In this document: in pieces, positions 23,769-34,480 of the stretch
Position numbering within the stretch: position 1 is the first letter of the stretch
Layout: every line of letters starts with the position of its first letter
Source: Macrostomum lignano
Taxonomy: Eukaryota
Reading direction: 5' to 3'
DNA: 64,000 nt
Assembly: GCA_002269645.1 (NCBI GenBank)
Contig: NIVC01002274.1
Span: 123,914 to 187,913, forward strand
The notes under the pieces: generated by a model
What the model saw: the letters and a program-made list of their open reading frames with translations, nothing else
Told to the model about the DNA's origin: nothing
Database searches by the model: none
Position numbers and translations under genes: made by a program

Positions 23769-26700
23769 GCAGGAGCATCTCCAGTCCCACATACCAATGC
23801 CGTAGTTTGACCCTCTCGCTGGCAACAAGTGCTATGGATTTGCTTGGCGATGCTTGACCCTTGTACCTCAGCAAATATATTTAATGAATCACACAGCCTC
23901 ATCAATCCCATCTCGCAGGTGCAGCGCAGCTTCCTGGCTAAGTGCTGCCTGCACTTCACACTGCTGGACGCGGCCCCGGACGGCCGGCACAAGCTGATCG
24001 GCCAGGCTTTCTACTCCATGCGCGAGTTCGGCCAGGCCAACGCCAGCTCCGGCCAGCCGGTCACCATGTGGCGCAACCTCAGCCAGTCCATCAAGCCTGT
24101 GGAGGCTGGGCTGACCGCCGGCCTCATCAACATTAGCCTGACCTATTACGAGATGCTGGAGCGTCTGGTGGTTACCGTGAACGAGATCGATCAGGTCCGG
24201 CTCGCCAGCAATAAGGGTGAGTTGGGGCCGCGTGCTCAGGTCACTGGCCACTCAGCCTCAGGTCACTGGCCACTCAGCCTCAGGTCACTGGCCCACCCAG
24301 CCTCAGGTCACTGGCCACTCAGCCTCAGGTCACTGGCCCACCCAGCCTCAGGTCACTGGCCACCCAGCCTCAGGTCACTGGCCCACCCAGCCTCAGGTCA
24401 CTGGCCACTCAGCCTCAGGTCACTGGCCACTCAGCCTCAGGTCACTGGCCCACCCAGCCTCAGGTCACTGGCCACCCAGTCTCAGGTCACTGGCCACTCA
24501 GCCTCAGGTCACTGGCCCACCCAGCCTCAGGTCACTGGCCACCCAGCCTCAGGTCACTGGCCACCCAGCCTCAGGTCACTGGCCACCCAGCCTCAGGTCA
24601 CTGGCCACCCAGCCTCAGGTCACTGGCCACCCAGCCTCAGGTCACTGGCCCACCCAGCCTCAGGTCACTGGCCACCCAGCCTCAGGTCACTGGCCCACCC
24701 AGCCTCAGGTCACTGGCCACTCAGCCTCAGGTCACTGGCCACCCAGCCTCAGGTCACTGGCCACCCAGCCTCAGGTCACTGGCCACCCAGCCTCAGGTCA
24801 CTGGCCACCCAGCCTCAGGTCACTGGCCACCCAGCCTCAGGTCACTGGCCCACCCAGCCTCAGGTCACTGGCCACCCAGCCTCAGGTCACTGGCCACCCA
24901 GCCTCAGGTCACTGGCCACCCAGCCTCAGGTCACTGGCCACCCAGCCTCAGGTCACTGGCCACCCAGCCTCAGGTCACTGGCCACCCAGCCTCAGGTCAC
25001 TGGCCACCCAGCCTCAGGTCACTGGCCACCCAGCCTCAGGTCACTGGCCACCCAGCCTCAGGTCTACAAGGCCGATGTATCATCATGGGATTCGGCGGTA
25101 CCACAGTTGTCAACTGTTTTATTTCGCAGAGAATCTTTGAATTTTCAAATGTTCAAAGGTACAGTCAGTACATAAATAAGCATATTTGATAGCATTAAAC
25201 TGCTATGCTATGGTATAATGCACTGTTAAAAGTCGATTTCCAATAAGGATTTCATGCTAGCTTCTGTTGAAAAGAGTATTGTATCGAACTCGCATTGCAC
25301 AGCGCCTGTGAAATAATGATCAACTTCTCTGCCAAGGGGGGCCAGCAGCTGGAAATCCTGAAAGCTCATATTCCGCATTTTCTCACCTGATAAGAAGCTT
25401 TCAGCCTGATCCACTGTAGCGATTTATAGCACAGACTGGTGCGTGATCCCTGGAGATCGAGGGAGCTAAGTGAGAAAGTGAGACAGATGGACTGATACAA
25501 TAACCTTAATGTAGGACTGGCAGAGACAAACGCTAAGACACTAGGGCACTAAGGCACTACGACAAAGACAAAGACATTAAGGTACTGAGATACTAAGGCA
25601 CTAAAGCACTAAGATACTAATACACTAAGACACTAAAACACTAAGATACTAAGACATTAAGATACTAAGATACTAAGACACTAAGACATTAAGATACTAA
25701 GATACTAAGACACTAATGCACTAAGATACTTAGACACTAAGGCACTAAGATACTAAGATACTAAGACACTAAAACATTACGATACTAAGATACTAAGACA
25801 CTAATGCACTAAGATACTTAGACACTAAGGCACTAAGACACTAAGACATTAAGATACTAAGGCACTAAGATACTTTGACACTATAAGGCACTAAGATACT
25901 AAGGTACAAAGAAACTAAGGCACTAAGCAGGCACTTAAGTAAAGCAGACAGGCAAACAGAGACTGACATGACAGTGGACAGGTGACTCAGGCAAACAGAG
26001 ACTGACATGGCAGTGGACAGGTGACTCAGGCAAACAGAGACTGACATGACAATGGACAGGTGACTCAGGCAAACAGAGACTGACATGGCAGTGGACAGGT
26101 GACTCAGGCAAACAGAGACTGACATGACAATGGACAGGTGACTCAGGCAAACAGAGACTGACATGGCAATGGACAGGTGACTCAGGCAAACAGAGACTGA
26201 CATGACAATGGACAGGTGACTCAGGCTCAGAGAATGTCACCCGAGCAGTATTCGCCAGGAAGGCACAGCTGAAGGGTCGCACACAATGCACTCTTCCAAT
26301 ATCATTGGCCAGCCAAAGGCATGCGGCAGCACGATCTCTATGACCAAAGCGCATGAGGAGTGGTGCTCACAGAGCGAGAAGAGGGGCTCAGTCAACATTA
26401 TCGAGTTCAATCTGCTTACTCAGTCTCCCCTTGTCACCGGTCGCTACAGTTATTAAAGCACGCTGCATGACGTCAAGACTCTATAGAACCGCTCGACATC
26501 TCGCGAGCACTTTGAGACAGCTCAGATTGACCAGCTGTCCTCTCGAAGAAGATTAGCACTAAATAATTTGGGTGGGGAGCAGTAAGAGAGTCGGTTGCTA
26601 GCCTGTTTCCATGGCCCAACCCATCAACCCTCGGCCGAAATCAATAGACGAGCTGCTCAATTGAAACCCAGCCATACATACGGAAATAGTTTTTGCTAAA

Positions 26701-27777
26701 ATTCACTGACAAATTGCCGGTCCTTGAGCATGCAAGCATACACACAGGAGACAGCAAAGCAAATCGAATTTAATTGGCAATGGTTCCTTATCAATCGCTA
26801 GCAACAAGCTAATTTTTAGCTCGTCTCAACCTGCCCTACCCCCACTCTTCCCCTCTCCAAATAAATACTGCCTTGATGTGCCTCCAGGAAGCCCTCCACC
26901 CCCAGCCTACCCCACCTTCCACTCCACCCCAGCCAACCTCGCCTTCAACTCCACCCCAGCCAACCTCGCCTTCAACTCCACCCCAGCCAACCTCGCCTTC
27001 AACTCCACCCCAGCCAACCTCGCCTTCAACTCCACCCCAGCCAACCTCGCCTTCAACTCCACCCCAGCCAACCTCGCCTTCCACTCCACCCCAGCCAACC
27101 TCGCCTTCCACTCCACCCCAGCCAACCTCGCCTTCCACTCCACCCCAGCCAACCTCGCCTTCCACTCCACCCCAGCCTATCTCGCCTTCCACTCCACCCT
27201 AATCAACCTCGCCTTCCACTCCACCCTAATCAACCTCGCCTTCCACTCCACCCTAATCAACCTCGCCTTCCACTCCACCCCAATCAACCTCGCCTTCAAC
27301 TCCACTCCAATCGACTTCGAATTTCACCCCACTCCACCCCAACCGTCGCCCTCTGCAGATATTTACGTAAAGCTGAAGCGATTCCAGGGCGACGTGAAGG
27401 AGGAGAACAAGATGTCCTCGCACCATCAGTGCTCGGAGGGCAAGCCGGTGAAGCTGAAGGAGTCCTTCCAATTCAAGGTGACGAAGGAGCAGCGCAAGGA
27501 CGTCAGAATCCAGCTGCTAATTTACTGCGCCGCCGGGCGTCGGGCTTCGAGCTGCTCGGTGACCGCGGCAGCTAAAGAGCTGGAGCAGCAGCAGCAGCAG
27601 CAGCACCTGACGGCTCCGGCTGTGGGCGGCCCGCCGGAGGAGACTCTGATCGGCAAGATTGAGCTGGCCTACACGGGCAGAGGGGACGAGTCGGACCTGA
27701 TGCGCGAGGCCATGAAGGACTTCGTGCGTGAGGCCAAGCCCGCTACCACCTGGCTGGGCATTTTGCCGTCGGACTGA
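20680..27777 (+). CDS. Tandem C2-domain synaptotagmin-like protein, predicted Ca2+-independent (367 aa from this ATG)
   Basis: Exons 20680-21066, 23919-24216, 27359-27777. GT-AG, 1104 nt in frame. C2A: GRIWFRVRF..LEVCLLKARNL..QTKVKKANNNPDFNETFTFE|V. C2B: GLINISLTYYEMLERLVVTV..D|IYVKL..KESFQFKV..LIGKIEL. Upstream exons cannot be excluded. Confidence 0.85.
21250..22035. repeat. 22-bp minisatellite (AGCAGATGGACAGTGGTGTGAG) in C2-gene intron 1
   Basis: About 35 tandem copies with point variants. Confidence 0.95.
23174..23360. mobile_element. Short MITE-like element with 15-bp TIRs
   Basis: CCGTATGCAGAAAGC (23174-23188) and its exact reverse complement GCTTTCTGCATACGG (23346-23360). No clear TSD. 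Confidence 0.5.
23463..23610 (+). mobile_element. tRNA-derived SINE (V-SINE-like central domain), truncated
   Basis: Box A-like GTATAGTTGTAGCG and box B GGTTCGATTC (23503-23512), followed by TGTATCCTTGAGCAAGACACTAAAC, which resembles the V-domain TGTCCTTGGGCAAGACACTT. Confidence 0.6.
23709..23766. repeat. (AG)n microsatellite, about 29 units
   Basis: Perfect dinucleotide run. Confidence 0.98.
24235..25062. repeat. 22-23-bp minisatellite (CAGCCTCAGGTCACTGGCCACC) in C2-gene intron 2
   Basis: About 37 copies starting about 20 bp after the donor at 24217. Confidence 0.95.
25550..25935. repeat. 8-bp (ACTAAGA(C/T)) degenerate tandem repeat
   Basis: Visible periodic ACTAAG. Confidence 0.9.
25950..26225. 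repeat. 39-bp tandem repeat (7 copies)
   Basis: CAGGCAAACAGAGACTGACATG(A/G)CA(A/G)TGGACAGGTGACT. Confidence 0.93.
26905..27310. repeat. 24-bp minisatellite (CCAGCCAACCTCGCCTTC(A/C)ACTCCACC) before C2-gene exon 3
   Basis: About 16 copies. Confidence 0.93.
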
Positions 27778-28034
27778 GGGGTATTCTACTGACAGCCCGA
27801 ACCTGACTGAGGGGTATTCTACTGACAGCCCGAACCTGACTGAGGGGTATTCTACTGACAGCCCGAACCTGACTGAGGGGTATTCTACTGACAGCCCGAA
27901 CCTGACTGAGGGGTATTCTACTGACAGCCCGAACCTGACTGAGGGGTATTCTACTGACAGCCCGAACCTGAATGAGGGGTATTCTACTGACAGCCCGAAC
28001 CTGACTGAGGGGTATTCTACTGACAGCCCGAACC
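27772..28034. repeat. 33-bp tandem repeat (8 copies) starting at the C2-gene stop codon
   Basis: Unit GACTGAGGGGTATTCTACTGACAGCCCGAACCT. Its first 6 nt are the last codon plus TGA. Confidence 0.95.
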
Positions 28035-28599
28035 ATGGTCAATCAGTTATGTAGTCTCTTAGACAAAGCAGACGCTGCAGCCGGAAATTAGTAGGGGAAA
28101 TTGATAAAAAAGTACAAATCTTCATTTCTACCATTCACCCCTGAGACACCTGCGGATATCAGATACCGGGTGAATGCTGGAGAACTAAATGCCCCCATGC
28201 CCAGTGACCCCTATGAATAATTACTAATTAGCTCATCACCATAAGAAGCAGTTAGATTGATATTGACATTATTTACCTGAATATCGAACTATTCACTCGA
28301 ATTTCGTACCTGTAAGGATCAAAGCTATGCACTATAATGCTACCCCTCCTACAGCCAGTCTTTACTATTTGATTAATTAACCAATTTTTTCGCAAATAAG
28401 TGCAAAATAGGTTTCTAACTCATTCCTAAATTTTGGATAAAAAACTTACGCATGTTTGTTGGTCTGACTAACCCTGCGTGCCCGCTTGCTTGTCATTTGT
28501 CTTTTTTAACCCTGCGTGCCCGGCTTGCAGTCACAATGAGCCCTGGCAGCTCAGCACTTTCTGTTCAAACTCACCCACGTGTTCTTGTTGAGCCTCATC

Positions 28600-29025
28600 C
28601 TCAGTTCTCACTCGCCCTCTGCTGTGTCCTCACTCGCCCTCTTGCTGTGTCCTCACTCGCCCTCTGCTGTGTCCTCACTCTGAGCACTGTGTCCTCACTG
28701 GCCCTCTTACTGTGCCCTCACTCTGAGTACTGTGTCCTCACTCTGAGTACTGTGTCCTCACTCTGAGTACTGTGTCCTCACTCTGAGTACTGTGTCCTCA
28801 CTCTGAGTACTGTGTCCTCACTCTGAGTACTGTGTCCTCACTCTGAGTACTGTGTCGTCACTCTGAGTAGTGTCCTCACTCGCCCTCTTGCTGTGTCCTC
28901 ACTAGCCCTCTTGCTGTGTCCTCACTAGCCCTCTTGCTGTGTCCTCACTCGCCCTCTTACTGTGTCCTCACTCTGAGTAGTGTCCTCACTCGCCCTCTTG
29001 CTGTGTCCTCACTCGCCCTTTGCTG
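28600..29025. repeat. About 20-24-bp TGTGTCCTCACT-core minisatellite
   Basis: Two alternating unit types (..CTGAGTAC / ..CGCCCTCTTGC). Confidence 0.9.
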
Positions 29026-29499
29026 TCACAAACCTAACAGTATGGACAAAGCCGTCGCTGAAGCATTCGGAGCACGCTACTTCTCTTAGAGTATGAATAT
29101 AGAATGGTATGAATATAATATATGAAATATGTAATTTTCATTACTACCAATAAACACTGTTGTTTTCAGTTTGCCGCGTACTTTCTGCTTTTATAAGCGA
29201 TTCACCCACATAAGTAGTTACTCGTCAGCTGTCATCGACAATGCAAAAAAGGAGACCAAGTTTTATTTTGTAAAATCTTGCTGCTAAATTCTTCTGGATT
29301 CTGGACTCCCTAGGCGCTTTTTTCCTGATTCTTCTTTCTAGAAGAGTTCGGCTGTTCTAGCTGCTCGGAACTGAAATCAAATAAACAGCAGAAAACTCAA
29401 TTGTCTCTGTCAAACTGTTGAGCATGATGAATGAATTTTTTTGGCTTTAAATCGGGCCGTCTAGAGTACTTTGTATCTAAGTGCATGCGTATTGACCAC

Positions 29500-30040
29500 T
29501 GGGGCGGATCAGAGGCGATTCTCAGTGGTAGACGGGGGCGGATCAGTGGTAGACGGGGGCAGATCAGTGGTAGACGGGGGCAGATCAGTGGTAGACGGGG
29601 GCAGATCAGTGGTAGATGGGGGCGGATCAGTGGTAGATGGGGGCGGATCAGTGGTAGATGGGGGCGGATCAGTGGTAGACGGGGGCGGATCAGTGGTAGA
29701 CGGGGGCGGATCAGTGGTAGACGGGGGCGGATCAGTGGTAGACGGGGGCGGATCAGTGGTAGACGGGGGCGGATCAGAGGCGATTCTCAGTGGTAGACGG
29801 GGCGGATCAGAGGCGATTCTCAGTGGTAGACGGGGCGGATCAGAGGCGATTCTCAGTGGTAGACGGGGGCGGATCAGAGGCGATTCTCATTGGTGGACGG
29901 GGGGGGGCGGATCAGATGCGATTCTCAGTGGTAGACGGAGGCGGATCAGAGGCGATTCTCAGTGGTAGACGGAGGGAGCGGATCAGAGGCGATTCTCAGT
30001 GGTAGACGGGGGGGGGGCGGATCAGAGGCGATTCTCAGGG
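29500..30040. repeat. 21-bp (GGGGGCGGATCAGTGGTAGAC) minisatellite with longer variants
   Basis: Visible tandem copies plus AGAGGCGATTCTC-containing units. Confidence 0.92.
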
Positions 30041-30639
30041 CAGAGACAATGATGAAAGTTTTATAAGGGCTGAGCTGGAGCAGTACTTTTACTGCCACAG
30101 AAATCGGGCATCGGTTTTGAATACACTAAACAACTATATAGGCACATGTCAGATGATAGGCTTTGAGAAATTACAAAGTATTTAAGGACCTTAGTAAGCC
30201 ACGTGGGTCTTGGTGCTACAGGCGATATGCGTAAATATTTAATAACCAGCTGCCAAGGACTTCTGACCATGCACGGCTTCTGCTGTATCCGACATATTTT
30301 AACCTACAAAAAGGACACTAGCAGTTCACAGCCTTTAGAACAGCAAACAGAAGGCTCTGATGGATGAAATGACCGCCGACTGTCTATTCTAATTATTACC
30401 TTTGCCATTTCATACTTGCTAAGCTTAAATTAATGTTTCTCTTATTTCGTCAATGCATGTGTATAATAAATGGTTAGATTAAATTTTTACTGACTTTAGC
30501 TGATTTTCGATCAGATGCCCACATCGGCGAAGCATGCCATGAGAGGCAGTGCAGAAATTCGAGAGCCATGAGAATCGCGGAAGAAAAACATCCGGTTGGC
30601 AGCTATGCTTTTCATCCCGATTGCCGGACTGGGAGCAGG

Positions 30640-31290
30640 TGCGGAGAGGGAGGTACGGAGAGGGAGGTGCGGAGAGGGAGGTATGGAGAGGGAGGTACGG
30701 AGAGGGAGGTGCGGAGAGGGAGGTGAGGAGAGGGAGGTACGGAGAGGGAGGTGTGGAGAGGGAGGTACGGAGAGGGAGGTGCGGAGAGGGCGGTGCGGAG
30801 AGGGCGGTGGGGAGAGGGAGGTACGGAGAGGGAGGTATGGAGAGGGAGGTATGGAGAGGGAGGTACGGAGAGGGAGGTGCGGAGAGGGAGGTGCGGAGAG
30901 GGAGGTACGGAGAGGGAGGTGCGGAGAGGGCGGTGCGGAGAGGGCGGTGGGGAGAGGGAGGTACGGAGAGGGAGGTATGGAGAGGGAGGTATGGAGAGGG
31001 AGGTATGGAGAGGGAGGTACGGAGAGGGAGGTGCGGAGAGGGAGGTGCGGAGAGGGAGGTACGGAGAGGGAGGTGCGGAGAGGGCGGTGCGGAGAGGGCG
31101 GTGGGGAGAGGGAGGTACGGAGAGGGAGGTATGGAGAGGGAGGTATGGAGAGGGAGGTACGGAGAGGGAGGTGCGGAGAGGGAGGTACGGAGAGGGAGGT
31201 ACGGAGAGGGAGGTACGGAGAGGGAGGTACGGAGAGGGAGGTGCGGAGAGGGAGGTATGGAGAGGGAGGTATGGAGAGGGAGGTATGGAA
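30640..31290. repeat. 14-bp G-rich minisatellite (GGAGAGGGAGGT(A/G)(C/T))
   Basis: About 46 copies, potentially G-quadruplex-forming. Confidence 0.93.
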
Positions 31291-32929
31291 AGGGAGCCCG
31301 AGTCTCAGCAGCCTGTTGCCAGTCAAATGTTTAGGCTTACGAGTACATGCATACGTCTTTGAGCTTTCCTTATTTAAACAAATCCATATTGAATTGATGC
31401 CGAAAGCATTATTGATGCCACCAGCCAGCTGCGTGGCCTGTGCGCAGAATTCGTCAAAATAGCCAGCCAAAATTATCGTCTATTCTTCGCCGCCGAAGGT
31501 TGGATGTCTGCGGTTTGTTGGGCGGTTCCGAGTCACTTTGGGACAATTAGAAAGCTGCCTATTCTTGAGCTCAGTTAAGTGAAGTTCCGCATCTGCCCGC
31601 CACCTCTGCAGGTTGTAACGCGCAAGGCGCAGCAAGAAAGCTTTCTATTTTTGGCTGAGAAAAAGAGCGCAAGGCAATCTCATATTTGCAAGATCAAACG
31701 CATGCAATTTTTACTCTGCAGCCGAGCTTTAGGCTAAGATATAATAGGTTGAGAAGCGCGGCCTGCTGGCTCAGCATGGCTCGCGTGCCGTGCATGGGCT
31801 GATTCGATGATCATCAGTTCTTTTAGCGTCGCATCCCCGGCCGACTCTACAGGTAGTTGCTATCCAGCAGTTCCTTCCCTTTATTTTTGCCGCGCTGCTT
31901 GTTTCTTCGTACGGCAGCTGCTCTGTATCCTGTTTCCATATCCTTGCTGTATAGTTTTCGTCAGCGTTTCTTGCTGTTGTCGGCTTCCTGCCCTATTATA
32001 CTATAGCCACTGTATGTTTAGCTCTTTTGACTAATTCCTCACGGCGATAAGAGTGTTATAGTTGAGTAGACTCCGCAGCGAAGGACTCTCAGAAGATTCT
32101 CTGTAATTTGCAGGCCGACCACCGCAACTCAAGTTTCCCAGTGAAAGCTCGCGACTGTATTGACAGCTAGCGGGGGGTGGGGAAGACGAAAGAGGATGAT
32201 GTCGCAGTTGCCTGACAAGATCGTGCAGCTGGCTTTTAATTATATTTGGTTTGCTTTGTAACACCTGCAACTGCAAGATGTGAAACGCATGCACCTAGAG
32301 AAGTGCTCACTAGCACTATACACTGTGTTTGTACGAGTATCGTCGAATGAAGTTTGTTTTATTTTTTATTTTTAAAAACTATAACACGCCGGACCATTTG
32401 TTAAGAATTTCGAAATTGTTTGTACACGCAACAAATGGAAGAAGAAATTACATTAAAACTTTCCTTTATTCTACACTTTTCGAGACATCAATAAGATGTT
32501 TTAATTTGACATAAAAAAGAAAAGTCAAAGCGCTCAAAATGGAGCATCGTAACTGTATTTACCGGTTAGCACAGTTAACAATAAACAGTTCGAAAGATGT
32601 CAAGTCACTCAGGGGTGTGAGAAATTCGCGCGGATCAAATTATAGCGCCGCTTTGTGAACATTAAGAAAACGCTACGAGCTACTAGCCAGAATGAGGACC
32701 ATTCGGTAGCAGACTCAGGCTGTGCACAAAGTCCCCAAGTAAAACGTGCAGTTGTTAAACTGACAATTTTCGAACGTGGACATCCTTGCCATCTGCTTCC
32801 ATGCAATGAAAACACACAATACTTTAAGACTGAATTAAATCGAAACGATCTCTTAAAATTATCCGCTTATCTTTTTTGCTGCCTTCATACTTTTGACTTA
32901 CCAGTCAAAACATGCAATTCTTGGTTGAC

Positions 32930-34480
32930 GAAGTTGTCACTCCTAGCCAACTTCTGGGAGCTGCAGAGCTGTCCACCCAAGAAGCTGTGACGGAGATCCA
33001 AGCTGCTACTGACAACTGCCGTCATGCTGCGGCCTGGCGCACCACCATAAACCGCCTCACGGGACGGCGAGCCACACCGAATGCTATCAATTAGCGCTGA
33101 TTCCATCGTGCACCGCCTACAGCTGATTGCGGGCCACTTCCATCTTGTGCGCAATGCCCCAGCTCACAGCGCAGCTCTTCGCCCGCTCGCTGACTTTCCA
33201 CCTGCCTGCCCATCCGACTTCAACTGCGCTCCGATCTCTATATGGATGAAGTCTCCAAGGCCTTAAGGACCATGCGGTCTCAGGAATCGACTAAATCCCA
33301 CCGCGTGTCCTGAAGATGCCCGAGCTGCTGCCTGTCATCACCGGAATTCTCAACCGCTCCAGCTGCCTGTGTGGGGACTCAAATGCTAGTGCCCCATAGC
33401 AAAGAGCGACATAGGCCTCGACAACTTGCGTGGCATTTCCCTGGAATGCACTCTGGCCAAAGTCCTCAAAACCATTTTTTTCGAAGCCGCATTCAGCTCA
33501 TCTTCAACCAGCGGCTTCTAAACATCCAGAGTTGCTTCCGACCTGGACGGTCAATAGCAGAACAAGTCGCTGCGATCCGGAGCATCATTGACACCTGCGA
33601 GACTCGCCAAAAGGCAGTGTCAATTTTCTTTGTAGATCTCTGCTAGGCTTTTGACTCCGTCATGGCGTTACCTGGCTTCTCCAGCAGCATGGAGTTCCTC
33701 AGCTGCTGGTCCAGACGATCATGGACCTCTACAGCTCGTCCAAGGCTTTTTTCCAGACTGACCACGGCCCTACATACAACTGAATTTGCTTCCATCTCCA
33801 GGGTTCTGCAAGGTGACACCTTATTCCCATTTCTATTTGCCATCCTGATCGACTACGTCATGCCGCTGGCTCTGTGCGACGAAGACCGCTATATGAAGTG
33901 GTGCCTCGCCGTAGCTTCCACGATCCCTGCGTGAAGCTTACCTGCCTCGCCTATGCCGATGACCCCCTGGTGCTGATCTGCTGGAGCCCCAAATTTAGCT
34001 GCGCAGAGGGCGGTGAGTCGGCTGGTTGACGAGGGAAAGCGCGTAGGGCTCCACATAACTACGGCAAGACAGATATGCTGCATGTTGCCATTGCCTCCGA
34101 TCTCTCTTCCGCTGCTTCTACCTGACGGCAACACGTTTAAGTATCTGTGGGCGTCCTGCATGGTCACTGACCCGGATGTCATTGTCAACAACCGCAAGCA
34201 GCTGGCGTGGCGGGGCCTCCCACCTTCGCTCCATCTTCAATTGCCGATTCGCCACCGACACTCTGAAGATCGCCCTATTCTGCAGTTGAGACGGGTGCTG
34301 GGCTCGAGTCTTTCGCATGACGGGCACTTGTGAGTCGAAATTGGAGGCCTAGCTGCCATTGCCACCTTTTTCATCCAGTTTCCCGAGCGGCCCCGAGCAA
34401 TACCAACTGGCGGCCCGGACCCGCGTACTGGCCTTCGGTCGCATTTTGCAGAGGCGACGAGACGCTGATCTGCCACTGCC
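32930..34480 (+). pseudogene. Decayed non-LTR (LINE-like) retrotransposon reverse transcriptase
   Basis: Fragmentary RT motifs across frames: FRPGRSIAEQVAAIRSII, KAVSIFFVDLC*AFDSV, RVLQGDTLFPFLFAILIDYVM, LTCLAYADD, FKYLWA. Many stops and frameshifts. Confidence 0.85.

Noticed and set aside
23829-25175. 448-aa ORF as a single-exon gene
   Set aside because: Only 23919-24216 is exon. The rest is intronic repeat read-through. The same holds for 46555-47802, 26878-27777, 38073-38942, 9259-10023 and 42749-43381.
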